Part shown: piece by piece, positions 34,508 to 42,397 of the stretch | Layout of the letters: each line of letters starts with the position of its first letter | How positions within the stretch are numbered: the first letter of the stretch is position 1 | Origin: Oscillospiraceae bacterium | GTDB taxonomy: Bacteria; Bacillota; Clostridia; Oscillospirales; Oscillospiraceae | Assembly: GCA_902795345.1 (NCBI GenBank) | Contig: CADBKO010000006.1 | Coordinates: 5,577 to 69,576 of the forward strand | Reading direction: 5' to 3' | DNA length: 64,000 nucleotides | The notes under the pieces: model-generated | Told to the model about the DNA's origin: nothing | Seen by the model: the letters and a program-made list of their open reading frames with translations, nothing else | Database searches by the model: none | Made by a program: the position numbers and the translations under genes

Positions 34508-36928
34508 ATGTACCAGAACGCGCCCATTTCGGAGCGGGTGCAGCGCATCCGCGCTCTGTACCGGGGCAAGAAGCCCCGCATCGACATCTCCCGTTACCGC
34601 CTGGTGACGGAGTATTACATGGCAAATCCCCAGCTGCCCGGCATCCTCAAGCGGGCGGGCTGCCTGCGCAATCTCTTTGAAAACATGCCCACCCCCGTGC
34701 GGGACCATGAGCTGATCGTGGGCCACCCCGGGGAGGAATTCCGCTGCTGCGCCCTCTACCCGGAGTATTCCTTCTCCTGGTTCCTGGACGAGATCGACAC
34801 CTTCCCCGGCCGCAGCACGGACCCCTACGACCTGGCCCCGGAGGATAAGGAATACATCCTGAAGACCGGGGACTTCTGGCGCCGTAACTGCATGAGCGCC
34901 GCCATCGACGACATCTACCCCGAGGAGTACAACGCCGAGGTGCTGGGAAACGGCGTGCTGAATTTCCGCGCCAATGGCAACTGCCAGCACCCCATCGGCC
35001 ATTTCGTGGGCAATTTCTGGACGGTGCTGGACAAGGGCCTGGGGGCCGTGGCGCGGGAGGCGGCAGAGAAGAAGCGGGCCCTGCTGGAAAAGGGCATCCA
35101 GGGGGACGAAGGGCGCAAATATGAATTTTACCGGGCCGTGCAGCAGGTGACGGAGGGCCTCATCCTCTACACCAAGCGCTACGGCAGGGAATGTCTGCGC
35201 CAGGCGGAGACCTGCGCCGACCCCGTGCGCAAGGCGGAGCTGCTGGACATGGCGGACCGGCTGGACCGCATCATCGACAAGCCCTGCCAGAGCTACCACG
35301 ACGCTTTGCAGGCCTGCTTCCTCTATCAGCTGGGCATCCTGCTGGACTCCCAGCCCCACGGCATCAGCTACGGACGCCTGGACCAGTACTGCGGAAAGTA
35401 TCTGGAAAAGGACCTGGCGGAAGGGAAACTGAATCGCGCTCAAGCCCAGGAGCTGACGGACATGTTCATCCTCAAGGTGGCGGAGATCAACAAGGCCTGG
35501 AGCGAGCGGGCCACCCGCTCCAGCCCCGGCTACACCTCCGGCCAGCTCATCACCCTGGGGGGCACGGACAAGGAGGGCAGGGACGTCACCAACGACGTCA
35601 CCTACATGGTCATGCAATCCTCCGCCCGGCTGAAGATCCACAATCCGCCCCTGGCCCTGCGTCTCCACGAGGGCACCCCCGACGAGCTGTGGGAGGCGGG
35701 CATCGAGACCACCAAGCAGGTGGGCGGCGTGCCCTGCTTCGAATGGGACGCCCTGGCGGAAAAGGCCCTGATGCGCCGGGGCATCCCCCTGGAGGACGCC
35801 CGCAATTACTGTCTCATCGGCTGCGTGGAGCCCTGCGTCTGCGGCAGCGACTTCGCCAACTCCGGCGGCGACGGTGCCAATTCCTATACCATCCTGCCCG
35901 CGGCCCTGTGGTGCGCCATCAACAATGGCACGAATCCCTGGCACGCCAAGGGCACCCCGGAATCCAGGCGCACCGGCCCCGCCACAGGCTGCCTCTACGA
36001 CATGAAGAGCATGGACGAAGTGCTGGAGGCCTACCGGCAGCAGATCGAGTTTTTCGCCAAATGGCAGGTCACCATGGTCAACTGCTACGAATACCTCTAT
36101 GCCGAGCGGATGCCCATGCCCCTCCTCTCCGCCACGGTGGAAGGCTGCATGGAAAGCGGGCTGGACGTGATGTGGGGCGGCTCCAAATACACCAACACCG
36201 GCAACTCCTCTATCGGCCACGGCAACGTGGCGGACAGCCTGAACATCATCGACCAGGTCTGCTTCCGGGACAAGATCGCCACCACCCGGGAGCTTTACGA
36301 CGCCCTCATGGCCGATTGGGAGGGCTATGAGGACCTGCACCAGTACATTTTGGGGCGGTGCAGCCACTTCGGCAACAACGACCCGGAGGCGGACAAATAC
36401 CTGAAATTCACCGCGGACACCTATGCCCAGGCTATCTCCAGGGGCGTGAGTCCCCGGGGGAACCACTGGACGGCGGGCTGCTGGCCCGTGACCCTGAACG
36501 TGGTCTACGGCGGCATGGTGGCCGCCACCCCCGATGGGCGGAAAAGCGGCGCGCCCCTCTCCGACGGCATCAGCCCGGTGCAGAGCATGGACAAGAGCGG
36601 CCCCTTCGCCACCATCAACTCCATCCTGAAATTCGACCAGAGCGAGTATTCCAACGGCACCCTCTGCAACATGAAGTTCCACCCCACCGCCCTCCAGGGC
36701 GAGGGCGGGGACCGGAAGCTGCGGGCGGTGATGGAGTCCTATTTCCGGGGCGGCGGCATGGAGCTGCAGATCAACGTGGTCTCGGCGGACATGCTGCGGG
36801 CCGCCCAGAAAGCCCCCGGCGACTACCAGGACCTGGTGGTGCGGGTGGCGGGCTTCTCCGCCTACTTCGTGGAGGTCTACAAGGAGGCCCAGGACGACCT
36901 GATCCGCCGGACGGAGCTGAGCGTATAA
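34508..36928 (+). CDS. Glycyl radical enzyme, Cys-x-Glu (G-C-V-E-P) dehydratase/lyase class (GRE-2)
   Basis: 806 aa with SD GAAGGAGG. Thiyl loop LIGCVEPCV, glycyl motif VVRVAGFSAYF, and ATPDGRKSGAPLSDGISPVQ. Confidence 0.9.
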   Translation: MYQNAPISERVQRIRALYRGKKPRIDISRYRLVTEYYMANPQLPGILKRAGCLRNLFENMPTPVRDHELIVGHPGEEFRCCALYPEYSFSWFLDEIDTFPGRSTDPYDLAPEDKEYILKTGDFWRRNCMSAAIDDIYPEEYNAEVLGNGVLNFRANGNCQHPIGHFVGNFWTVLDKGLGAVAREAAEKKRALLEKGIQGDEGRKYEFYRAVQQVTEGLILYTKRYGRECLRQAETCADPVRKAELLDMADRLDRIIDKPCQSYHDALQACFLYQLGILLDSQPHGISYGRLDQYCGKYLEKDLAEGKLNRAQAQELTDMFILKVAEINKAWSERATRSSPGYTSGQLITLGGTDKEGRDVTNDVTYMVMQSSARLKIHNPPLALRLHEGTPDELWEAGIETTKQVGGVPCFEWDALAEKALMRRGIPLEDARNYCLIGCVEPCVCGSDFANSGGDGANSYTILPAALWCAINNGTNPWHAKGTPESRRTGPATGCLYDMKSMDEVLEAYRQQIEFFAKWQVTMVNCYEYLYAERMPMPLLSATVEGCMESGLDVMWGGSKYTNTGNSSIGHGNVADSLNIIDQVCFRDKIATTRELYDALMADWEGYEDLHQYILGRCSHFGNNDPEADKYLKFTADTYAQAISRGVSPRGNHWTAGCWPVTLNVVYGGMVAATPDGRKSGAPLSDGISPVQSMDKSGPFATINSILKFDQSEYSNGTLCNMKFHPTALQGEGGDRKLRAVMESYFRGGGMELQINVVSADMLRAAQKAPGDYQDLVVRVAGFSAYFVEVYKEAQDDLIRRTELSV

Positions 36929-36943
36929 ATCCGATAAACGGCA

Positions 36944-36978
36944 GGGGGGCGCTGCATGACAGCGCCCCCCGCTTTTTT
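36944..36978 (+). terminator. Intrinsic terminator of GRE-2
   Basis: ggggggcgct-N7-agcgcccccc followed by gctttttt. Confidence 0.8.
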
Positions 36979-36980
36979 CC

Positions 36981-37427
36981 TTATCTCTTTTTATAGGCGA
37001 GCAGCTCCGGCTCCGCGCCGCCCTCGCCATAGCTGCACAGGAGGATGAACCCCTCGTCGGCAACGACGCCGATGCACCGTTCCTCCCCGGCAAGCTCGAC
37101 CTGGGTGCCGAGATAGACGTTTTTATCCTCCAGGAACTTCACCCTCTCCCCGCCGGGGAGGGGATAGGCCAGGTTCACGAAGAAGCCCGGCAACTCGGCA
37201 AGGGCCGCCGCCTCCGGCAGCCCGCAGGCTTTCAGGAGGCCGTTGACCTTCTTCAAAAGCTCCCCCTTGAACGCGGCGTATGCCTCTTTCCCCCTGGCCT
37301 TGATGTATTCCGCCGCCGCGCACCTTCCCCCGAAGGGGCTGCCGCAGGTCTTTTCGCAGCCCGCGCACTTATCCTTAAAGCCGCAGTTATCGCAGTTCGC
37401 CCCGCAGATCGTACCCATTATTTGCAC
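36981..37427 (-). CDS. Cys-rich (8 Cys in the first 36 aa) putative metal/Fe-S-binding protein, DUF3795-like
   Basis: N-terminus ICGANCDNCGFKDKCAGCEKTCGSPFGGRC. The track start at 37427 is GTG; an ATG lies at 37418. Confidence 0.55.
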   Translation of the reverse strand: MQIMGTICGANCDNCGFKDKCAGCEKTCGSPFGGRCAAAEYIKARGKEAYAAFKGELLKKVNGLLKACGLPEAAALAELPGFFVNLAYPLPGGERVKFLEDKNVYLGTQVELAGEERCIGVVADEGFILLCSYGEGGAEPELLAYKKR

Positions 37428-37497
37428 CGCCTTATCCTTTTTGTTTTCCTTATTATGCAGAATGTAAAACCAAAAAGCAAGCCTCTGTCCGGGGCGC

Positions 37498-37526
37498 TTG
37501 TCATTGTTTCCGGCCCGTGTTATATT
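37498..37526 (+). promoter_or_regulatory. Sigma-70-type promoter of the two-component operon
   Basis: TTGTCA-17 nt-TATATT, 24 nt upstream of ATG 37550. Confidence 0.45.
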
Positions 37527-37549
37527 GAGAAGGATCGGGAGGTGACGCC

Positions 37550-38221
37550 ATGTATCGCATATTTCTGGTGGAGGACGACCGGGGCATCGCGGAGGCCATC
37601 GCGGCCCAGACCGCCCTCTGGGACATGGAGACGGTCTGCGTGCAGGATTTCCGCAGCGTCATGGCGGAGTTTTCCGCCTGCTCCCCCCATCTGGTGCTGC
37701 TGGACATCTCCCTCCCCTTCTACGACGGCTACCACTGGTGCCGGGAGATCCGCAGCGTATCCAAGGTTCCGGTCATCTTCATCTCCTCCGCCGCGGACAA
37801 TCTGAATATCGTCATGGCCATGAACATGGGGGCGGACGACTTCATCGCAAAGCCCTTCGACCAGAGCGTGCTCATGGCGAAGATAAACGCTCTGCTCCGC
37901 CGGACCTATGACTTCGGCGCTTCCGCGCCGCTGCTGGAGCACCGGGGGGCCCTGCTGAACACCGGGGACAGCTCCCTGACCTACGGAGGGGAGAAGATCG
38001 AGCTGACGAAGAACGAATACCGCATCCTCCTGGGCCTCATGCAGTCCAAGGGAAAGACGGTCAGCCGGGAAAAGCTGATGGAGCTGCTGTGGGAATCCGA
38101 TGAATTTGTGGACGACAACACCCTGACGGTGAACGTGGGCCGCCTGCGGAAAAAGCTGGAGGCGGCGGGGCTCCGGGACTTCATCGCCACCAAGCACGGC
38201 GTGGGGTATCTGATCCAATGA
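37550..38221 (+). CDS. OmpR-family response regulator (BceR-like)
   Basis: Receiver domain (LVLLDISLP, KP) plus winged-helix output domain (LTKNEYRILLGLM...TVNVGRLRKKL). Confidence 0.9.
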   Translation: MYRIFLVEDDRGIAEAIAAQTALWDMETVCVQDFRSVMAEFSACSPHLVLLDISLPFYDGYHWCREIRSVSKVPVIFISSAADNLNIVMAMNMGADDFIAKPFDQSVLMAKINALLRRTYDFGASAPLLEHRGALLNTGDSSLTYGGEKIELTKNEYRILLGLMQSKGKTVSREKLMELLWESDEFVDDNTLTVNVGRLRKKLEAAGLRDFIATKHGVGYLIQ

Positions 38222-39204
38222 AGGGCTTCCGGAAGACCTATCTTCGGGGGCAGCTGCCGGGCCTGGGCCTGTTCCTTATGTGCTGCGCCGTCTTCGCCGT
38301 GACCTTCCGGCTCTACGGGCTGCCCCTGGGGGCGGTGGGCTATCCGGCGGCGCTCTGCGCAGTGGGCTGGCTCCTGTATGCTTTCCTGCGGGGGGCGAAG
38401 GCGGCCCGGAAGCACGCCGCCCTTTCCTCCCTCACCGCCGCCCTGACGGAGGACATGCTGCCCCCTGCGGACACCCCGGAGGACGCCGATTACCGCCGCA
38501 TCATCGCCCTTCTGCAGGAGGCCCGGGAGAAGCAGGAGGCGGATTTCGAGGGAAAATACGCCGACATGGTGGCCTATTACACCCTCTGGGCCCACCAGAT
38601 CAAGACCCCCATCGCCGCCATGCGCCTGACGCTGCAAAACGAGGACAGCCCCCTCTCCCGCCGCCTGACGGCGGAGCTGGGGCGCATCGAGCGCTATGTG
38701 GAGATGGTGCTGGCCTACCTGCGGCTGGACAGCACAAGCACGGACTACGTGCTGCGGGAATATGAGCTGGACCCCATCCTCCGCGCCGCGGTGAAGAAGT
38801 TCTCCGGGGAATTCATCGAGCGCCGCCTGGCCCTGGATCTCAGGCCCACGGGGGCCAGGGTGCTGACGGACGAAAAGTGGCTCTCCTTCGTGCTGGAGCA
38901 GCTTCTTTCCAACGCCCTGAAATACACCCCGGCGGGGACCATCTCCATCTATATGGAAGCCCCCGCCGTCCTCTGCATCGCGGACACGGGCATCGGCATC
39001 GCCCCGGAGGACCTGCCGAGGATCTTCGAGCCCGGGTACACGGGCCTCAACGGGCGCACGGACAAGCATGCCAGCGGCCTGGGGCTCTATCTCTGCCGCC
39101 GGGTCTGCCGGAACCTGGGCCACGGCATCTCCGTGCAGTCCCGGCCGGGACAGGGGACCGCCGTGCTTCTGGACCTGAACCGGAAAACCTTCGTCGTGGA
39201 GTAA
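38218..39204 (+). CDS. Intramembrane-sensing histidine kinase (BceS-like)
   Basis: Two N-terminal TM helices with almost no extracytoplasmic loop. H-box WAHQIKTPIAAM, N-box LLSNALKYT, G-boxes DTGIGI and GLGLYL. ATGA overlap with the regulator gene. Confidence 0.9.
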   Translation: MKGFRKTYLRGQLPGLGLFLMCCAVFAVTFRLYGLPLGAVGYPAALCAVGWLLYAFLRGAKAARKHAALSSLTAALTEDMLPPADTPEDADYRRIIALLQEAREKQEADFEGKYADMVAYYTLWAHQIKTPIAAMRLTLQNEDSPLSRRLTAELGRIERYVEMVLAYLRLDSTSTDYVLREYELDPILRAAVKKFSGEFIERRLALDLRPTGARVLTDEKWLSFVLEQLLSNALKYTPAGTISIYMEAPAVLCIADTGIGIAPEDLPRIFEPGYTGLNGRTDKHASGLGLYLCRRVCRNLGHGISVQSRPGQGTAVLLDLNRKTFVVE

Positions 39205-39306
39205 AACTGACAAAACCGTAAGATTTGAGCGGGAAAATGTAAGCCAAAGTTAAGGCGGCGCATTTTCCCGTTTGTTATGATGTGTACACCAAAAGGAGGA
39301 ATGACC

Positions 39307-40071
39307 ATGAGCATTTTGGAAGTACACGATCTGAGAAAAGTATATACCTCCCGCTTCGGCACCCAGCAGGTGGAGGCGCTCCGGCGGGTGAACTTCTCCG
39401 TGGAAAAGGGAGAATATGTGGCCATCATGGGGGAATCCGGCAGCGGCAAGACCACCCTGCTGAACCTGCTGGCCGCCCTGGACAAGCCCACCGGGGGCAA
39501 AGTGCTGCTGGACGGGGTGGACCTTTCCACCCTGCCGGAGAAGGACGTGGCCGCCTTCCGCCGGGATCAGCTGGGCTTCGTATTCCAGGAATTCAATCTG
39601 CTGGACACCTTCACCCTGGAGGACAACATCTATCTCCCCCTGGTGCTGGCGGGAAAAAGCCCCCGGGAGATGGCCGGACGCCTGGAGCCCCTGGCCAAAT
39701 GGCTGGGCATCGACGGCCTCCTGAAAAAATACCCCTATGAGGTCTCCGGCGGGCAGAAGCAGCGGGCCGCCGCGGCCCGGGCCCTCATCACGGAGCCGAA
39801 GCTGCTGCTGGCGGACGAACCCACCGGTGCCCTGGACTCCCGAAGCACGGACGAGCTCCTTTCCCTCTTTGCCCAGGTGAACCGCCACGGCCAGACCATC
39901 GTCATGGTGACCCACTCCGTCAAGGCCGCCAGCCACGCCACGCGGGTGCTCTTCATCCGGGACGGGGAGGTCTTCCACCAGCTCTACCGGGGCCGGGACA
40001 CCAACGAGCAGCTCTATCAGAAGATCTCCGACACCCTGACGGTCCTGGCGACGGGGGGCGAAGCGAGATGA
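39307..40071 (+). CDS. ABC transporter ATPase (BceA-like)
   Basis: Start MSILEVHDL (AGGAGG 7 nt upstream). Walker A GESGSGKTT, signature VSGGQKQR, Walker B LLLADEPT. Confidence 0.9.
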   Translation: MSILEVHDLRKVYTSRFGTQQVEALRRVNFSVEKGEYVAIMGESGSGKTTLLNLLAALDKPTGGKVLLDGVDLSTLPEKDVAAFRRDQLGFVFQEFNLLDTFTLEDNIYLPLVLAGKSPREMAGRLEPLAKWLGIDGLLKKYPYEVSGGQKQRAAAARALITEPKLLLADEPTGALDSRSTDELLSLFAQVNRHGQTIVMVTHSVKAASHATRVLFIRDGEVFHQLYRGRDTNEQLYQKISDTLTVLATGGEAR

Positions 40072-42128
40072 AGAAGGGCTTTTATCTCCGCCTGGCCCTG
40101 GACGGGATGCGGAAGAACAAGCGGCTGTACCTGCCCTATCTCCTGACCTGCGGGGGCATGGTGATGATGTTCTACATCCTGTACAGCCTGGCCTATTCCC
40201 CGGTGGTGCGGGATATGCGGGGCGGCGACACCATGGCAGTGGTCCTTCTGCTGGGCACCGTCGTCATCACCGTATTCGCCCTGCTGTTTATGCTCTACAC
40301 CAATTCCTTTCTGGCCCGGCGGCGCAACCGGGAATTCGGCCTCTACAACGTCCTGGGCATGAACAAGCGCAACCTCAGCCGCATCCTCGCCTGGGAGACC
40401 CTCCTCTCCGCCCTCATCTCCATCCTGGGCGGCCTGGCGGGCGGCCTTCTCTTCTCCAAGCTGGCGGAGCTGTTCCTCACGAAAATGGCGGGGGGCAGCA
40501 CGGGCTTCTCCTTCACCGTGGCGCCCCGGAGCATCGCGGCGGCCTTCCTTTTCTTCGGGGCCATCTTCGCCCTGCTGCTCCTGGTATCTCTGACCCGGGT
40601 GGGCGTCCTGAGGCCCCTGGACCTGCTGAAAAGCGAGGCGGCGGGGGAAAAGCCCCCCAAAGCCAACTGGGTGCTGGCCCTTGTAGGCCTGGGGCTTCTG
40701 GGCGGGGCCTACTATCTGGCCGTGACCATCGAATCCCCTCTCACCGCCCTTTTCATCTTTTTCGCCGCGGTGCTCATGGTCATCGTGGCCACCTATCTCC
40801 TCTTCATCGCCGGGTCGGTGACGCTGTGCAGGCTTCTCCAGAAAAACAAGAAATACTACTACAAGAGCGCCCACTTCGTCTCCGTGTCCTCTATGGCCTT
40901 CCGCATGAAGCGCAATGGGGCGGGCCTGGCCTCCATCTGCATCCTGGCCACCATGGTGCTGGTGATGCTCTCCTCCACCAGCTGTCTTTACTTCGGCGGG
41001 GAGAACGCCATCCGGGGCATGGCCCCCTACGACATGACCGCCGCCCTGCGCTATGACGGACCGGAAAAATGCTCCGAGCAGACCCTGGCGGAGCTGGCGG
41101 ACCTGGCGGAGGCCGTCTCCGGCGGCAGAGCCGGGGACCCGATCACCATCACGGACATGGTTTTCGGCGGCTATTTTGAAAACGGCAGCCTGGATATTGC
41201 CGGATACAGCCGCTTTTTGGAGGTGAGCTCCTCCCCCTCCGTGCTGGAGCACATCCGGGGGGTGTACCTTCTGCCCCTCCGGGACCTGGACCGCCTCACG
41301 GGGGAAAGCCACGCCCTGGAGCCGGGCCAGGCCCTGATCTGGTCCAGCGGGGACGCCTATAAATACGACACCCTGCTTATCCAGGGCTGCGCCCCCATCC
41401 AAGTGGCGGGGACCCTGAAGGAGCTGCCCTTCCGTCTCACTACGGAGGAGACCCTGGTGACGACCTACTGCGTTTTCATCCCCGATTGGGAGGAACGCGC
41501 CGGGGAGCTGCAGGCCTTCCTCGAATCCCTGGGGGATGAAATGGCTCTCCCCGACACGGAGCAGGCCTGCTTCTTCGACCTGCCCGGTCTGGGGGAGGAG
41601 GAACAGCTGCGCATCGCCGGAGAACTCCGGCAGGCCCTGCTGGACCGGATGGATCACGACGACCGGGCCTGGACCGGCTTCACCACTACCGCAAGAGCGG
41701 ACCTCCGCTCCTCCTTCTTCAGCATGAACGGCAGCCTGTTCTTCCTGGGCATCATCCTCTCTATCGTCTTCATCGCCGCGGCGGCCCTCATCATCTACTA
41801 CAAGCAGCTCTCCGAGGGTTATGAGGACCAGCGGCGCTTCGGCATCATGCAGAAGGTGGGCATGACCGCCGGGGAGATCAAAAGCGCCGTGGATTCCCAG
41901 GTGCTGACGGTGTTCTTCGCCCCTCTGCTCATGTCCGGGCTGCACCTCAGCTTCGCCTTCCCCTTCGTGAAGAAGCTTATCCGTCTTTTCGGCGTGACCA
42001 ACACCCCCCTGCTCATCCTCACCAGCGTCCTCTGCTTCCTGATCTTCGGCGCGTTCTATGTCTTTGTCTACCGCCGGACGGCCAGGGCCTATATCGCCAT
42101 CGTCAGCGAAGGCGAGGAGCGGCGGTAA
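40068..42128 (+). CDS. FtsX-family ABC permease with a large extracellular domain (BceB-like)
   Basis: 686 aa and about 10 TM helices, with a ~200-aa loop between TM7 and TM8. ATGA overlap with the ATPase gene. Confidence 0.85.
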   Translation: MKKGFYLRLALDGMRKNKRLYLPYLLTCGGMVMMFYILYSLAYSPVVRDMRGGDTMAVVLLLGTVVITVFALLFMLYTNSFLARRRNREFGLYNVLGMNKRNLSRILAWETLLSALISILGGLAGGLLFSKLAELFLTKMAGGSTGFSFTVAPRSIAAAFLFFGAIFALLLLVSLTRVGVLRPLDLLKSEAAGEKPPKANWVLALVGLGLLGGAYYLAVTIESPLTALFIFFAAVLMVIVATYLLFIAGSVTLCRLLQKNKKYYYKSAHFVSVSSMAFRMKRNGAGLASICILATMVLVMLSSTSCLYFGGENAIRGMAPYDMTAALRYDGPEKCSEQTLAELADLAEAVSGGRAGDPITITDMVFGGYFENGSLDIAGYSRFLEVSSSPSVLEHIRGVYLLPLRDLDRLTGESHALEPGQALIWSSGDAYKYDTLLIQGCAPIQVAGTLKELPFRLTTEETLVTTYCVFIPDWEERAGELQAFLESLGDEMALPDTEQACFFDLPGLGEEEQLRIAGELRQALLDRMDHDDRAWTGFTTTARADLRSSFFSMNGSLFFLGIILSIVFIAAAALIIYYKQLSEGYEDQRRFGIMQKVGMTAGEIKSAVDSQVLTVFFAPLLMSGLHLSFAFPFVKKLIRLFGVTNTPLLILTSVLCFLIFGAFYVFVYRRTARAYIAIVSEGEERR

Positions 42129-42151
42129 CGAAACGATCCGGCGGAAAGAGA

Positions 42152-42306
42152 CCGGGCGCACCGCAAAATGCCCCTGGCTCGTCATTGCGAACCCGCGAAG
42201 CGGGTGCGGCAATCCGTTTTCCTTTGAAAAGAGAACGGATTCCCACGTCCAGTCTGCGGACTGGACTCGGAATGACGATGTTTCCGGGATTTTGCGGTGC
42301 GCCCGG
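42152..42306. repeat. 155-bp structured repeat, copy A (terminal 18-bp inverted repeat plus internal stems and hairpins)
   Basis: ccgggcgcaccgcaaaat (42152-42169) pairs with attttgcggtgcgcccgg (42289-42306). Inner arms tcgtcattgcga/tcggaatgacga and gcggcaatccgtt/aacggattcccac. Hairpins at 42191-42205 and 42247-42266. Confidence 0.85.
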
Positions 42307-42397
42307 CCCGTTGTTTTCCCTTCCGGGAGCGCTTGACAGCGGGCGGCAGGCCCGATATGATATTTCCCGGAAACGGATGCAGAAGGAGGCACGGATC

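Noticed and set aside
36981-37427. Cys-rich ORF considered as the missing GRE activase or a GRE small subunit
   Set aside because: At 148 aa it has no CxxxCxxC-plus-SAM-binding layout, and it is on the opposite strand and convergent with GRE-2. It is retained only as a DUF3795-like protein.
42152-42306. Cloverleaf-like repeats (also 48893-49046) considered as tRNA or tRNA-like genes
   Set aside because: At 155 nt they are too long. There is no GTTCGAATC-type T-loop, no anticodon-arm geometry and no CCA or discriminator context.
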